Source: Synchiropus picturatus (lineage: Eukaryota). From it: a DNA stretch of 64,000 nucleotides. The translations under genes and the position numbers were made by a program. Shown piece after piece: positions 62,946-64,000 of this stretch. How positions within the stretch are numbered: position 1 is the stretch's first letter; each line of letters starts with the position of its first letter. Location of the stretch: contig CM094669.1 in NCBI GenBank assembly GCA_044231675.1, positions 2,929,643 through 2,993,642 on the forward strand, written 5' to 3'. The notes below the pieces were generated by a model. The model did not search any database. It was not told the origin of the DNA and saw only the letters and a program-made list of their open reading frames with translations.

Positions 62946-64000
62946 TCACAAATTTAACAGTCTGACGGCCGAGGGAAAGAAGCTGTTTCTGAGACGGGAG
63001 GTTCTGGTCTGGATCGACCGTAGCCTCCTGCCAGAGGGAAGAGGAACAAACAGTCCATGTCCAGGGTGAGAAGGGTCGGCTCTGATCCGACCTGCACGTC
63101 TCTGGGTCCTAGAGACATACAGGTCCTGAACAGGTGGCAGGCTGCAACCGATCACCTTCTCAGCAGAACGTACGATGCGCTGCAGTCTGCTCTTGTCCCT
63201 GGAGGTGGCGCTGTTGTACCAGACGGTGATAGAGGAGGTGAGGATGGACTGGATGATGGCCGTGTAGAACTCCACCAGCAACTTCGTCGGCAGTCGTAGT
63301 TTTCGTAGCTGCCTCAGAAAGAACATTCTCTGCTGGACCTTCCTGATGAGGGACCTGATGGTTGGCTCCCATTTGAGGTCCTCAGTGATGGTGGTTCCCA
63401 GGAAGCAGAAGGAGTCTACAATAGGAATGGGTAAACCAGCCAACATGAGAGGGGACAGAGAAACTGTTACTCTCCTGAAGTCTATGACCATCTCCACTGT
63501 CTTCTGGGCGTTGAGCTCCAGGTTGTTGTGGCTGCACCAGGACACCAGCCGCTCCACCTCCCTCCTGTAAGCCGACTCATCTCCATCTGAGATGAGCCCG
63601 ATGATGGTGGTGTCATCCGCAAACTTGATCAGCTTCACAGACTCGTGGCTGGAGGTGCAGCAGTTAGTGTACAGCGAGAAGAGCCATGGAGAGAGAACAC
63701 AGCCCTGAGGAGACCCGATGTTGAGGGTCCGAGTGTCGGAGACAGTCGACCCCAGCCGCACACGCTGACTCCGGCAGGTCAGGAAGTCTGTAATCCATCT
63801 GCAGAGGGAGTCAGGCACGTCCAGCTGGCGAAGCCTGTCTTCAAGCAGAGCTGGAAGAATTGTATTAAAGGCAGAGCTGAAGTCCACAAACAGGATCCTG
63901 GCATAGGTTCCTGGGCAGTCCAGATGCTGCAGAACGAAATGAAGGGCCTGGTTCACCGCATCGTCCACAGATCTGTTGGCTCTGTAGGCAAACTGCAATG
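62946..64000 (-). mobile_element. Non-LTR retrotransposon (LINE, CR1/L2-like) reverse-transcriptase ORF fragment. It is 5'-truncated by the window edge, and its 3' end abuts an A/T-rich simple-sequence tail (62875-62945).
   Basis: A 350-aa open frame includes RT motifs (...ILFVDFSSAFNT..., GSPQGCVLSPWLFSLY, FADDTTIIGL) and the family-typical C-terminal ...TSRLRNSFFPSAVRLLN tail. It has no start codon and is intronless. Confidence 0.85.

Overview
This window is vertebrate nuclear DNA, almost certainly from a teleost fish with a compact genome. Genes are multi-exon with GT-AG introns, mostly 70-300 bp, and (GT)n microsatellites are frequent. It is not prokaryotic, so there are no operons, CRISPR arrays or defence islands to report. 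The prompt's hint of a novel system is not borne out: this is an ordinary, gene-dense chromosomal segment.

By reading the ORF track against splice signals I could reconstruct 16 protein-coding genes. Exon ends were traced by hand and are accurate to a few nucleotides:
- srrm2 (minus strand, about 811-7610, 13 coding exons, including a 1.7-kb RS-repeat exon and a 33-bp-repeat exon)
- a two-domain trypsin-like serine protease (plus, 11174-14353, 10 exons) whose second domain has lost all three catalytic residues and ends in a GPI-anchor-like tail
- mfsd11 (minus, 15244-17707)
- eif1 (plus, 19890-20926, 4 exons, complete)
- an unrecognised small Cys-rich single-pass membrane protein (plus, about 22261-22652)
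- a DUF4795/QRICH2-like coiled-coil gene with its own 33-bp repeat exon (plus, 23593-27450)
- ubald2 (minus, 27960-29437)
- foxj1 (minus, 33091-35323)
- amdhd2 (plus, 37417-39538, 11 exons)
- tlcd3b/fam57b-like (minus, 39927-41157)
- nlk (minus, about 42860-45042, N-terminus unresolved)
- maz (minus, 46855-48636)
- cdipt (minus, 50769-51978)
- a TAO kinase with a TAOK2-type short C-terminus (minus, 53732-58458)
- jmjd8 (minus, 60700-62312)
- a 5'-truncated LINE reverse-transcriptase fragment (minus, 62946 to the window end)

Most worth a second look: the active/dead tandem protease, three independent 33-bp (11-aa) coding tandem repeats, the unassigned Cys-rich membrane-protein gene, an unresolved frame break at the nlk 5' end, and gene order that mixes human 16p13.3, 16p11.2, 17q25.1, 17q11.2 and 17q21 neighbourhoods. 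All identifications rest on remembered protein families, since no database search was possible. Several regions (8.7-11.1 kb, 29.7-32.5 kb, 41.3-42.8 kb, 52.0-53.7 kb) have no supportable gene call.
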